Notes: a model not told the origin generated them from the sequence alone. A stretch of 62,669 bases of DNA, filler included, from Candidatus Ancaeobacter aquaticus (GCA_030765405.1; 6 parts of 6 records of this genome joined end to end with filler, not necessarily neighbours in it), one strand, 5' to 3'; positions 31,226 through 41,164 are shown, counted from the whole stretch's first letter. Translations and numbers: made by a program.

Positions 31226-31250
31226 GAAATAGATATAAAATATCTATTTC
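31226..31250. promoter_or_regulatory. Perfect palindrome upstream of the HTH-AbiTii operon
   Basis: GAAATAGATAT-AAA-ATATCTATTTC. Confidence 0.4.
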
Positions 31251-31499
31251 GGGAGGGCGGGGGTTTTCTTTTTCTTCTGCTTTTTAGCAGCAGCTAGAGA
31301 GCTGATGCACGGATTACGAGCCATTCGTGCAAACAAGACGCAAAAACATCAAAATCGCCCCCATAAAAGAATTAATTTTTCTCTCGGCCTGTCATCCTCC
31401 TGCCAACTTTTGATTCCTGTAGATTTTTTCTCTTTTACCATTCTTATCTTCTCTATTCTTCACTTTGCGCAACAAGTTGTTGCGCATTTAAAACAATCA

Positions 31500-32249
31500 C
31501 TAATCCGCTATTTCTTCATCTTCGCAAGGTGGATACTGCAATGGTGCTTTGCCGACAGATTCTAATATGACCGGCTTCAAATCCCATTTCTCTGCCTGCA
31601 TTATCTCTTTAAGCTCAATAGAAAATTGCCATCCGTCACCATAATCAAAAAGAAAAAGCATTTTGTCACCCGGTTGCTTAAAGACTTGTTGTATCTTCGT
31701 ACGTTTGACACTTTTCACGTGCGGCGCCGGTAGCTCGACATCATCAAGGTCATAAAAAAGTTCATATGCTTTTTTAGAATTTTGAGGCCGATTAAAGTCA
31801 CTGTAGAACCCAAAGCAATGGTCAAAATAAAAATCAAAGGCTTGAGTAATTACCTTAGCAAAGTTATACAGGCTCTTCGTTTTCGCGATTTGAATTTTGC
31901 GGATAATTCGATTTTCTTTTGTTGGAGGATAATCGCCATAAAGCCATACGTTAAATATGTAGTACCAAAGTACCGGTTTACCTTCAACATATGGCTTCTC
32001 CACTTTGCCCTTTCTCTTTGTCACTTTAGGCTTTTTTTGTGGAGTGGGAGCCAAATCATCGATTACACTAGCTACCTTATGTCCACAAGTGCCACAAAAT
32101 CCTTGAAGAACAACGACACCATGTAATTCCGCGTGATAATCAACAATAGTGACGGACTTCCTACACTCCCCACACCAGACATTACTTAAAAGCAACTGCC
32201 TCTTATCTAATGGCAAACCCATCCATAATTTCAATGCTTCTTTTTTCAT
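31500..32249 (-). CDS. Plasmid pRiA4b ORF-3-like protein with N-terminal CxxC...CxxC
   Basis: FLFDYGDGWQFSIEL and PLQYP motifs. Confidence 0.7.
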   Translation of the reverse strand: MKKEALKLWMGLPLDKRQLLLSNVWCGECRKSVTIVDYHAELHGVVVLQGFCGTCGHKVASVIDDLAPTPQKKPKVTKRKGKVEKPYVEGKPVLWYYIFNVWLYGDYPPTKENRIIRKIQIAKTKSLYNFAKVITQAFDFYFDHCFGFYSDFNRPQNSKKAYELFYDLDDVELPAPHVKSVKRTKIQQVFKQPGDKMLFLFDYGDGWQFSIELKEIMQAEKWDLKPVILESVGKAPLQYPPCEDEEIAD

Positions 32250-32266
32250 AATTCCCTATGTCCTGT

Positions 32267-32830
32267 TTATGTCCCGTTTGTCCCCTTTGTGTCCCCTTGA
32301 GATAGATCTTTTTTCTCTTCCCTCTTAAACGCTGAAACAGCGGATGTTATTTCTTTAAATGAAACCGGATAATAGTTCCAGACTTCAACCGATAGATTCA
32401 CAACCAAAGATTTATCATTTAAACGCCTGACTTTGTAATGCTGATGCACATGCCCGCAGAAGTTAAGCGGCACGTTAGGATCAGCGTTTTCCGGCCGGTG
32501 CGTCATGCATATATCTTTTGAGCCATTATGAATATATATCTTTGTGATGATTGTCTTAAGGCTGTTGTTCCGGTCGTGATTCCCTTTGATAAAAATGAAT
32601 TTGCCGTTAAGTTTTCTCTCAAACTCACGATAGCGTTCTTCTCCGCCCTCTTTCCCTCCCTTAAAGATAAAGTCGCCAAGAAAGAATACCGTATCGTCCG
32701 GCTTCACTCTCTCGTTATGTTTACGGATAATAACTTCATTCATTTCTTCAACCGTCTTAAACGGCCGCCCACAATACCTGCTGATATTTGCGTGCGAAAA
32801 GTGATAATCCGATGTCCACCAGTAGTTCAT
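32267..32830 (-). CDS. Calcineurin-like metallophosphoesterase
   Basis: SDYH, LGD, GNHD, CGHVH motifs. Confidence 0.85.
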   Translation of the reverse strand: MNYWWTSDYHFSHANISRYCGRPFKTVEEMNEVIIRKHNERVKPDDTVFFLGDFIFKGGKEGGEERYREFERKLNGKFIFIKGNHDRNNSLKTIITKIYIHNGSKDICMTHRPENADPNVPLNFCGHVHQHYKVRRLNDKSLVVNLSVEVWNYYPVSFKEITSAVSAFKREEKKDLSQGDTKGTNGT

Positions 32831-32850
32831 TGTTTTATCCTGTTCCCATT

Positions 32851-33301
32851 TTAAATTTTCCTATATCTTGTACTCCTGCCAAGGCCTATGCGCTCAATTT
32901 TTTTAAGCCGAATCAATTTGCCCAATACCTGAGCTACTGTTGGTAACGCTACTTTGGCGTTTTGCGATATATCCTTCGGCGACGCTTCGTCAACAGTTTG
33001 CAAATATTCCCAAACAGCTATTTGTTTAGGCGACAACAATTTATCGATATTCTCTTTAGACAAAAGTTCAACAGCCAGTTTAGATTGTTTATACACCACT
33101 GAAAGAAAAAAATCCAGCCATGGAACAATGTTGGGTTTCGGCTTATCTAATGTTTTCTGGCTTTTTCGTAACGGCATATAGTAATCAGCTTTATTATCTT
33201 CAACTAGTTTTTCATGAGAAACATATGGCATGTACTGATAACCGGCTTGCAATAAAAGCAAATTTGTAAGAACACGAGAAATACGCCCATTTCCATCCTG
33301 A
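32851..33301 (-). CDS. Fic family protein, 5'-truncated by the contig end
   Basis: Reading to the contig edge gives QDGNGRISRVLTNLLLL (end of the Fic motif); C-terminal winged HTH. Confidence 0.8.
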
Positions 33302-33401
33302 NNNNNNNNNNNNNNNNNNNNNNNNNNNNNNNNNNNNNNNNNNNNTTAATTAATTAANNNNNNNNNNNNNNNNNNNNNNNNNNNNNNNNNNNNNNNNNNN
33401 N
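33302..33401. other. Artificial contig linker
   Basis: N44-TTAATTAATTAA-N44. Confidence 0.98.
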
Positions 33402-33576
33402 GATATAATCGTCTTTTGTAATCCAATTTTTTAAGCGAAATCCTTTCGCGAATATGACCCTTTGTTTAAAAACCTCTAATTAAGCTTAAAATCATACCTT
33501 ATGCGTATTGTTGCGGAATCGTTGCGAGATACTAATAAGCATTTACAATAGTCAATTATTGATATATAATCTGGGT

Positions 33577-34878
33577 ATGAAAAAGCTACCAAAATGGTTT
33601 GTTTTTACTTTAGCGTTTGCCAGTGTTGCTCTCTTGCTGGGTGCGATGTGGGTAGTTGAGTGTCAGCTTTTACCCCATGACAGTTTTCTTTTTTGTCGTT
33701 CATATGATCTTATAAAAGATATTCTCATCGTTTTACTTGCCGTAATAATCATAGTTGAATTGCTCTTTAAGGTAAAATCCAAATCCGAACACGATGTGCA
33801 GATGAAAAGCCGATTGCTTTCAAATATTGTTGATACGATAGTCGATGGTGTTATAAGCCTTAATAATGACGGCATAATATTGTCCTGGAACAAAAGCGCT
33901 GAAAAAATATTCGGGTATACTGCTCGTGATATAATCGGCGAAGATTTTGGGGTTCTTGTTCTTGCCGGAAACAAAGATGAATTATTTACTTCAGATATTA
34001 ACAAGAAGCTTGAAAAACAGGGAATGGTAAAAGACTATGAAGTTCAGATGAAATGTTCTGGGGGAAAACTGTTATGGGTTAATCTCTCGTGTTCTATATT
34101 AAAAGATCTTAATGGGAAGAAGATAGGGTTATCGCTTATTATTCATGATATTACCGAGACAAAGCTATTTGTTGAAAAAATACAGCAATCTGAAAAGTTG
34201 GTTGCGGTAGGACAGCTTGCCGCCGGTATCGCGCACGAAGTTCTAACCCCGTTAAATGTGATAAGTGGTAACGCGGAGTATCTCTTAATGGGTATGGATA
34301 AACATGACGATAGGGTACGCGAATTACAGATAATAATCGATGAAACAGAAAAAATAAATAAATTAATCAAGCGTATGATGGAGTTTGCTCAACCAAAAAA
34401 ATCTGAAATGAAAAAGGTTGATATTAATACTGTTTTACAGGAAATTCTTAATTTTACTCAACCACAGCTTATCAAATCTCACATTGAGGTTGAAATGGAA
34501 TTTGATAAGGATCTTCCTGAAATTATGGCTGATGAAGCGCAAATTGAGCAGGCCTTTCTGAGTATTGAAAAGAACGCATGGGAGGCAATGAAAAAGGGGG
34601 GGGCACTTACTATACGCACTTCATTCTGGATCGATGCTGAAGATAAAAAAGAATACATAAAAATACAGTTCACTGACACGGGCTATGGTATTCGGGACGA
34701 TAATATAAAAAGAGTATTCGATCCTTTTTTCAGCACAAAAGATATTGGGAAAGGGACAGGACTGGGTTTAACCATCGCTTATAAAATCATCGCCGATCAG
34801 GGTGGTTCTATTGATATTGACAGTAGTGTTGACATAGGTACTACAGTAGTAGTAACATTACCGGTAAGAAATATGTAG
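33577..34878 (+). CDS. PAS-domain sensor histidine kinase
   Basis: 2 TM, PAS (WNKSAEKIFGY), AHEVLTPL, DTGYG, GTGLGL; ORF open from 33508. Confidence 0.9.
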   Translation: MKKLPKWFVFTLAFASVALLLGAMWVVECQLLPHDSFLFCRSYDLIKDILIVLLAVIIIVELLFKVKSKSEHDVQMKSRLLSNIVDTIVDGVISLNNDGIILSWNKSAEKIFGYTARDIIGEDFGVLVLAGNKDELFTSDINKKLEKQGMVKDYEVQMKCSGGKLLWVNLSCSILKDLNGKKIGLSLIIHDITETKLFVEKIQQSEKLVAVGQLAAGIAHEVLTPLNVISGNAEYLLMGMDKHDDRVRELQIIIDETEKINKLIKRMMEFAQPKKSEMKKVDINTVLQEILNFTQPQLIKSHIEVEMEFDKDLPEIMADEAQIEQAFLSIEKNAWEAMKKGGALTIRTSFWIDAEDKKEYIKIQFTDTGYGIRDDNIKRVFDPFFSTKDIGKGTGLGLTIAYKIIADQGGSIDIDSSVDIGTTVVVTLPVRNM

Positions 34879-34900
34879 TGCTTTGCAAAGGAGTGTCTGT

Positions 34901-35260
34901 ATGAAAATATTAATAATTGATGATGATAAAGCGTTTTGCGGGACGTTAGAGAAAATATTACTTAAAAAAGGCTATGAAGTAACATCTGTGCATGACCCTA
35001 TGGAAGTAATTCCTTTAGCGAAAGAAAACGAATATGAATTGATGCTTTTAGATCATCGCATGTCCCCCATAACAGGTGTCGATCTGTTGGAAAAACTTCG
35101 TAATGAGGGAATAAAAACGCCGGTGATACTCTTGTCTGCATATGCTTCGCGGGACACCTATTATGAAACAAAAAAGCTGGGTATAGTAAATTACCTTAAT
35201 AAGCCTTTTTCTATGGAAAAATTAGAAGAACTCATTGATAACATAGCGAACAACTCTTGA
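34901..35260 (+). CDS. Single-domain response regulator
   Basis: ILIIDDD, LDHRM, NKP; SD AAGGAG. Confidence 0.9.
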   Translation: MKILIIDDDKAFCGTLEKILLKKGYEVTSVHDPMEVIPLAKENEYELMLLDHRMSPITGVDLLEKLRNEGIKTPVILLSAYASRDTYYETKKLGIVNYLNKPFSMEKLEELIDNIANNS

Positions 35261-35270
35261 GGAGTGTGTA

Positions 35271-35660
35271 ATGACAGACACAAATAAAACGAGAATACTT
35301 GTTGTCGACGATAATGTTGAGCAGGTAACCATACTTGAAAAGATATTCACGAAAGATGGGTATCAGGTAGATATATCGTCAAACGGGTTTGATGCCTTGC
35401 AGATTGTGATGAGGGAGGATATCGATATTGTTATTACTGATATGAGTATGCCAGGGATGAATGGTTTGAAACTTTTACGGCAGGTGAAAGAAAAGAAACC
35501 TGAAGTACAGGTTATCATTATTACCGCGTTTGGAGAATGGGGCGCTTACGCAGAAGCGCTCAAAGAAGGTGCATACGAGTTTGTCAGCAAACCATTTAAA
35601 GTTGAAGAGATAATAAAGCTCGTAAAAACCATAGAGAAGAAGATCCAGAAAAACTCATAA
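35271..35660 (+). CDS. Single-domain response regulator
   Basis: ILVVDDN, TDMSMP, SKP. Confidence 0.9.
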   Translation: MTDTNKTRILVVDDNVEQVTILEKIFTKDGYQVDISSNGFDALQIVMREDIDIVITDMSMPGMNGLKLLRQVKEKKPEVQVIIITAFGEWGAYAEALKEGAYEFVSKPFKVEEIIKLVKTIEKKIQKNS

Positions 35661-35693
35661 CAACATGTCACTAATGCCACGTTCCTCACACCA

Positions 35694-36338
35694 GTGCTAC
35701 ATTCTTTAATAAATATATTGTATGGTGGAATGATGAGTCAAGACTTTAGAAAATTTGTATATCGCACACGGGAAGAATTTAACGCGTTTTGTGATCGCGT
35801 GCGCTATTCTTATCATTTTGGTAACGGTAAAAGATATATTCGTCTCGGGTTTATTCTTGTTCTTGCAGTTGCCTTTGGAATTTTGCTGAACCGCTATTCA
35901 GCTCCTATGAGATCTCCCAAAAGTCAATATCAGTCACAGTTGATAGAAACGAAAAAGAAGAATGCCTTTACCTCAGACTCTACGGGACAAGCCTTACATG
36001 TGCAGAAGGGGGCGCTCACAAGGGCTCCCGGGACAATTGGTGCGACGCCCGAGCGTAAAAGTATCGGTAGTACCAAAAGTAGCCTGAGGACATCAGGTCG
36101 ACAACCGCAGCAAACGGTAAGGGACCGTGATATGCTTGCTGACCATTATAAAAAAGTTTACGGAGATGATTATCTCAAAGTAATAAAAATGGATATGATA
36201 CGTTCCAAACGATCAATGAATACCAAAGACTACAGGGAATCATGGGGTGGATTCAGGGATCTTGAGGTCGATATCCGTGATAAAGACGAAAGAGAGAAAT
36301 TAATAGAAGAGATCAATGAAGAAGGATGGGAGTATTAA
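35694..36338 (+). CDS. Hypothetical single-pass membrane protein
   Basis: One TM helix, low-complexity linker, C-terminal domain shared with the downstream paralog. Confidence 0.65.
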   Translation: MLHSLINILYGGMMSQDFRKFVYRTREEFNAFCDRVRYSYHFGNGKRYIRLGFILVLAVAFGILLNRYSAPMRSPKSQYQSQLIETKKKNAFTSDSTGQALHVQKGALTRAPGTIGATPERKSIGSTKSSLRTSGRQPQQTVRDRDMLADHYKKVYGDDYLKVIKMDMIRSKRSMNTKDYRESWGGFRDLEVDIRDKDEREKLIEEINEEGWEY

Positions 36339-36842
36339 AAGATTTCATCTACGGTAAGATCTATTTAAAGTATACAACAACAATAGTGGTGGCTTTTTTT
36401 TTGGTTTTCTTCTGAACAGGTTGTTTTTGTCTCAGGGTCTGGGTAGTAACCGTACCAGTACGGTATCGATGAAAATATATACAAAAAAGGCAGTCTTGTA
36501 AACACGGCGGGTAGTAATATCCCAATACTGAAAAGTTCGCTGGGCACAACCTCCACAATATCAGACATATCAAGTGTTAAAGGGGTGTTACAGGGTAAAG
36601 GTGGTAGAGCTCAGCTGAAAGAAAAGTATCGGGACATGGTCATACAGCACTATAAAGAAATGTATGGTGCAGGGTATGAAAAAGAAATAAAAAAAGATAT
36701 GCTACGCAGCAAAAAAGCAATGGACAGTGAATACTACAAAGATTCATGGGGTGATTTTAGGGGGCTTGAGATAGATATCCGTGATAAAGACGAAAAAGAA
36801 AAATTGATTGAAGAGATCGATAAAGAAGGGTGGGACCTGTAA
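36326..36842 (+). pseudogene. Frameshifted tandem paralog of 35694-36338
   Basis: Three frames give MGVLKDFIYGKIYLK..VVAFF / FGFLLNRL / PYQYG...SWGDFRGLEIDIRDKDEKEKLIEEIDKEGWDL, matching GKRYIR, FGILLNRY and SWGGFRDLEVDIRDKDEREKLIEEINEEGWEY; one shift is in a T9 tract (36394-36402). Confidence 0.65.
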
Positions 36843-36856
36843 TACACAGTGTGTTA

Positions 36857-37088
36857 TTAGAATTTTTGTCCCTTAGAACAACCAGAACCGGTATTATTTC
36901 TGCCGGAAACACAAAGTCCAGCAACGTTATTTAACCCGGATGCGCAGCCATAGACTCCAACGTTTGAATTGCCATTTGAACAAAGGACAGTTGCGTTATT
37001 GCCAATTGTTAACCCCTGTAAAACCTGAGGCCTGCTCGTTTGCACTAGCAATAGCTTTTATGTGTGGTGGGGAATATTGTTTTGTCAT
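36857..37088 (-). pseudogene. Second RiPP precursor copy, frameshifted by an 8-nt deletion
   Basis: MTKQYSPPHIKAIASANEQASGFTGVNN then premature TAA at 36998-36996; core continues in another frame (GNNATVLCSNG...CSKGQKF); GTGAAAAC missing relative to copy 1. Confidence 0.8.
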
Positions 37089-37150
37089 CGTAGACCTTTT
37101 AATCTTATGTTTTCCATGTGGGGATTTAACGTAAAAAAAGAAAAATAGTG

Positions 37151-37393
37151 TTATGTCACATTTTTCCCCCTAGCACATGCTCCACCGCTATTGTCCCTTC
37201 CCTTACTGCATACGCCCGCAACATTATTTGCTCCTGAAGCGCAACCAGAAACCCCAACATTTGAATTGCCATTTGAGCAAAGGACAGTTGCGTTATTGCC
37301 GTTTTCACAATTATTAACCCCCGTAAACCCTGAGGCCTGCTCGTTTGTGCCGCCGAGAACCTTAATCTGTGGGGACTCGTAAATCTTTTCCAT
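37151..37393 (-). CDS. RiPP precursor peptide (ScmA-like), 80 aa with five CxxG repeats
   Basis: SD GGAGG; leader YESPQI; Cys at 29, 39, 51, 62, 73, each as CxxG; same cluster as RRE and rSAM genes. Confidence 0.85.
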   Translation of the reverse strand: MEKIYESPQIKVLGGTNEQASGFTGVNNCENGNNATVLCSNGNSNVGVSGCASGANNVAGVCSKGRDNSGGACARGKNVT

Positions 37394-37498
37394 GTAACGC
37401 CTCCTATTTCCTTATCTTATTTATAACACACTATTTAAGATCTGTCAACCTTTAAGGATCAGGGTCCAAACTCACAAGTAAAACATTGTGATGTTCGG

Positions 37499-37900
37499 CT
37501 AGCTTCGAAAAATTGTCTGAGTTTTAATTATTGATCGTATCTTTCTTAAAGGATGTATGAACTTTGAAAAAAGATACGATTTTTTTAACATTTTATGAGT
37601 TAAGTGTGTTTCCGATCCGTTACGTTTGAAAGAAACGATCTTTCCTAATATGTTTTCAGGATGCAGATGGTGCGGGTCGGGCTTTAGTGAACCGTCACCT
37701 TTTGTTTTGACATGTTTTTTATTGTAATCGATATCGATTATCCTGTGGACTGCTTTACCTTCTGAACGAGGGATCTTAAAATAAATTATGTCTTTACGGT
37801 TCAGTTCCTTAAATGGAATGTTTTGCGCCGTTAGCGTGTCACCGTCTTTTAAAAGGGGATACATGCTTGTTCCCGTGTAACTGATAGTGGTAGTCTTCAT
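37499..37900 (-). CDS. S24/S26 family serine peptidase
   Basis: GTSMYPLLKDGD catalytic Ser, VHRI, KTKGDG; start 37900 from SD AAAGGA (listed ORF over-extended to 38110). Confidence 0.8.
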   Translation of the reverse strand: MKTTTISYTGTSMYPLLKDGDTLTAQNIPFKELNRKDIIYFKIPRSEGKAVHRIIDIDYNKKHVKTKGDGSLKPDPHHLHPENILGKIVSFKRNGSETHLTHKMLKKSYLFSKFIHPLRKIRSIIKTQTIFRS

Positions 37901-38067
37901 AAAATATCCTTTACGTTTTTTTATTCTAGTAACTATACCAGAAAATTGATACATTGTGATACTGTTTTCTTGCATTGTTTTGATTGATACATCTTGTATA
38001 AACATCATTCGATAAGTATACTTATACGGTTTTTGTTGTGTGTCAGGAAGATAAAGGACGTGAGATA

Positions 38068-39753
38068 ATGAATGTAAAAGATTATGCGAGCAAGTTTTAC
38101 GGGTATTCAAAAAGCTATTTGAAGAATATTATCACTATAAACGTTTTATCTCAAATCACCTCCGTTGTGTTTGTCGGTTATTTTCTTATTATTAAAAACA
38201 TCATTGATGGCGGAATACTGTCAAAAGATATGGCGGTAATTAAGCGGGACCTCTTCATCCTTATTCTCCTTGTTGCACTGCGGGAGATATTGACCTATAT
38301 CGTTCAATGGGTAAGCACATATACCTCGGAAAAGATAAATCGCGATGTTCAGGTAGATGTCTATACACACATACTCGGTATGCCTGTATCAAAACTCTCC
38401 TCCTTTTCAGCGGGAAGACTCATTGCTAAAGTGCTCAGTGAAAGCACGAGTGTTGCAAACATCCTAACACGATTAACCGTGCAAGCGCTTACTCAGCCCG
38501 TGAAGCTTATTATTCTTTTTGGTGTCTTGTTCTATTATGACAGTCGACTGGCGTGGATCGTTATACTGTTTGCTATTCCGGTTGTCGCAGTGAATAAATT
38601 CATCGCACATAAATTAAACGAGTATTACGATATATTTTATGAACGAAAGATCCTTATCCTGTCACGCGTACAGGAAGTGTTGTGCTCTATCGGTATTGTG
38701 AAAGCTTTTGTGCGGGAAAAAAAAGAGATCGAGCATTTTGGGGACCTGTCAGATTCTCTCATAGAAAATGATCTTAAGCTTGCGAGAATATCTCTTATTG
38801 CCTCTCCGGTCGGTGAGATCACGAAAGTGATAGTTTTAGCAGTCATCGTTTTAACCGGAGGCTATCAGGTAAAAAATGGGGCCATTTCAACAGGTACGTT
38901 TATCCTGTTTATTGGCGCTACCATGAGTATCTTTGGGACTCTGCAGGCACTTACTTCGCTCTATACCGGCATTATAAGCAGTTTTATTGGTGTAAAGCGA
39001 GTATTCACACTGCTTGAAGAAGAACGTGAAGATGTTGTGAAAGACCATCTAATGCTAGAAAATGGCTTAAAAGGTGACATAGCTGTTAGCAACATTTCAT
39101 TTTCATATAATAAAGGTGAACCGATTCTAAAAGATGTTAAGGTGCAGATCACAGAGAATGAATTGTGCGGCATATTGGGCGAAAGCGGCTGTGGAAAGAC
39201 AACATTGGCCAAGATCCTCATGCGGTTTTATGCTCCTGATTCAGGCAGTATCATTGTGCAGAAAAATGATATCAATCGGTATGATGTGCGCCAGTATCGT
39301 TCTCATATCAGTGTTGTGTTTCAGGAACCGGTGTTGTATGACGGAACAATACTTGATAATATCTGTTTCGGGAAACCGAACGCATCTATGGATGAAGTTA
39401 AAAGTGTATGCCTGACAGCGGATATTCACGGCTTTATTGAGTCTTTACCGGAGGGGTATCAATCTCTGGTTGGTGACCAGGGTGTGCGCTTGTCCGGTGG
39501 CCAGAAACAGCGCGTAACCATAGCCCGTGCGTTACTCACTGATCCTGATCTATTGATACTTGATGAGGCAACGTCGTTTGTTGCGATCGAATCAGAAAAA
39601 AAGATACTTTCCGCGATAAAAGAAATTCGCAAAAACAAAAAAACAGTAGTATTAACAAATCGTTTGAGCGCTTTGGAGTGCTGCGAAAAGCTATATAGGT
39701 TTAGCGAAGGTCGTTTGAACGAATATTGCGGACAAGACGATAAGAAGATATAA
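38068..39753 (+). CDS. ABC exporter, fused permease/ATPase
   Basis: 6-TM domain, GESGCGKTT, LSGGQKQR, LILDEATS. Confidence 0.92.
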   Translation: MNVKDYASKFYGYSKSYLKNIITINVLSQITSVVFVGYFLIIKNIIDGGILSKDMAVIKRDLFILILLVALREILTYIVQWVSTYTSEKINRDVQVDVYTHILGMPVSKLSSFSAGRLIAKVLSESTSVANILTRLTVQALTQPVKLIILFGVLFYYDSRLAWIVILFAIPVVAVNKFIAHKLNEYYDIFYERKILILSRVQEVLCSIGIVKAFVREKKEIEHFGDLSDSLIENDLKLARISLIASPVGEITKVIVLAVIVLTGGYQVKNGAISTGTFILFIGATMSIFGTLQALTSLYTGIISSFIGVKRVFTLLEEEREDVVKDHLMLENGLKGDIAVSNISFSYNKGEPILKDVKVQITENELCGILGESGCGKTTLAKILMRFYAPDSGSIIVQKNDINRYDVRQYRSHISVVFQEPVLYDGTILDNICFGKPNASMDEVKSVCLTADIHGFIESLPEGYQSLVGDQGVRLSGGQKQRVTIARALLTDPDLLILDEATSFVAIESEKKILSAIKEIRKNKKTVVLTNRLSALECCEKLYRFSEGRLNEYCGQDDKKI

Positions 39754-39780
39754 AAAGCTTAGGAAGAATAGGTCAGACAT

Positions 39781-40182
39781 ATGAGTGTGTATGACAATAT
39801 AAAAAATAAAGTGCGTGAATATTCCGAGAGGATCCCAAGATTTGTCCGGCATCACTGGGGTCAGGGGACATTGATTGTTGGCACTAAGCAGAAGATCATC
39901 TTGCTGTATACCAGTTTTAAGTATAAGTATACAATTCGTATGCGGCTCAAGGGCGGGAACAAAATTCTGGGTTTTGTTGTCATTTTTATTATTGCTCTTC
40001 CGGTCGGACTCCTTATTACCGAGCTTTTTAGGGCAACCGGACGAAGTACGCCTAAATCTCAATTGTCGCAGTATGAGCGCAGGATGAGGTATAAAAAGCA
40101 GGATGAAATAAACAGTTTATGCCCGCATTCGTTGCCGCCTAAAAAATGCGCTATCTGTAAAGATGCAGATAACTGTAAATGA
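39781..40182 (+). CDS. Hypothetical membrane protein with C-terminal CxH...CxxC...C
   Basis: One TM helix; follows the ABC exporter in the same orientation. Confidence 0.55.
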   Translation: MSVYDNIKNKVREYSERIPRFVRHHWGQGTLIVGTKQKIILLYTSFKYKYTIRMRLKGGNKILGFVVIFIIALPVGLLITELFRATGRSTPKSQLSQYERRMRYKKQDEINSLCPHSLPPKKCAICKDADNCK

Positions 40183-40183
40183 T

Positions 40184-41164
40184 TCAGGAGTGTTTTAGGA
40201 GCTTTAAGAATGCCTTGCTTTTTGCAAAGTGCAGTTTCGCGCAGGATGCGTGCTCCACAAGATTACGCGCATTTTTAAATGTCCTTTCCGATAGTGCATC
40301 CGGAAAATACCTGAAAAAATGTAAATGGTATTTTAGCATGTGCGCTAAGACCGTTTTTTTGTCCAACCGAACAAGTTTTGTTTTCTTTGATTTTGAGAGA
40401 AAATAGATGTCGGAAAACGGCACTTTTTTCACGGCATGGTTTTTTTCGATAGTCGTTTTTTGTAAAAGCGGCGTAGAGAAAAGATACCATTTTTTGTTTA
40501 TCTGTTTCGCAATGATCCCGTCATCTGAAATCGCGTGATCTTTTCCTGCCAGCGATGCTATAGTTGATTTTCCTGCGTTTGAATGCCCCAAAAAAAGATG
40601 TCCTTTCCCGTCTATTGAAAGCCCTACACCATGCAGGAAAAGTGCGTTATTTTTTGCGCACAAAAATGAAGCGACGCACGATACCGCGTTTAAAAGGTTT
40701 GTTGAGACAGATTTCTCGTGATGGTTTATAAATGTAAAAAAAGAGCCCTTTAACGTTCGGTGATTATAAAAGAACATATCTCCGTATATTGACAGAAACA
40801 TCCAATTTTGCGGGTTTCGAGAGATTTGGTATATAATTTTCTTGCAAGAAGGGTTTCTGCAATAGTGTTCTATATGAAGTAGTGTGCTTTCGATCAGTTC
40901 ATTTTTTTTTCGTATTGGAGGCTCCTTACCGAAAAGCGTTTCGAGACAGTTTCTAAAAAGCAGTTTCTCTTGTTTTGTAAGACGTGCATTCTTGTCTTTT
41001 TCTATACGATAGAGTGTTATAGAAGCACCGGAGGGAATGCCATTATTTGAGACAAATGGTTTGAGGTGAGGATGAATAAACTTCCGAATATCAGTTTTTT
41101 CAGGCAGTGTGAGTCTAATGGGTATTTCAGCTATTTTTATGGTGATCGAATGTGTCTGTTTCAT
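40184..41164 (-). CDS. scmC: ScmC-like HPr-kinase-related P-loop protein
   Basis: LHGVGL...GHSNAGKSTI...SDD; 4-nt overlap with the upstream rSAM gene. Confidence 0.65.
   Translation of the reverse strand: MKQTHSITIKIAEIPIRLTLPEKTDIRKFIHPHLKPFVSNNGIPSGASITLYRIEKDKNARLTKQEKLLFRNCLETLFGKEPPIRKKNELIESTLLHIEHYCRNPSCKKIIYQISRNPQNWMFLSIYGDMFFYNHRTLKGSFFTFINHHEKSVSTNLLNAVSCVASFLCAKNNALFLHGVGLSIDGKGHLFLGHSNAGKSTIASLAGKDHAISDDGIIAKQINKKWYLFSTPLLQKTTIEKNHAVKKVPFSDIYFLSKSKKTKLVRLDKKTVLAHMLKYHLHFFRYFPDALSERTFKNARNLVEHASCAKLHFAKSKAFLKLLKHS

Noticed and set aside
36365..36573. Minus-strand ORFs 36365-36568 and 36361-36573
   Set aside because: Antisense shadows of the frameshifted plus-strand paralog
36857..37051. 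64-aa TTG-started ORF as an independent gene
   Set aside because: It is the out-of-frame core of the second precursor; the real leader starts at 37088
37901..38110. N-terminal extension of the S26 peptidase
   Set aside because: Overlaps the divergent ABC gene; SD and catalytic motif point to start 37900
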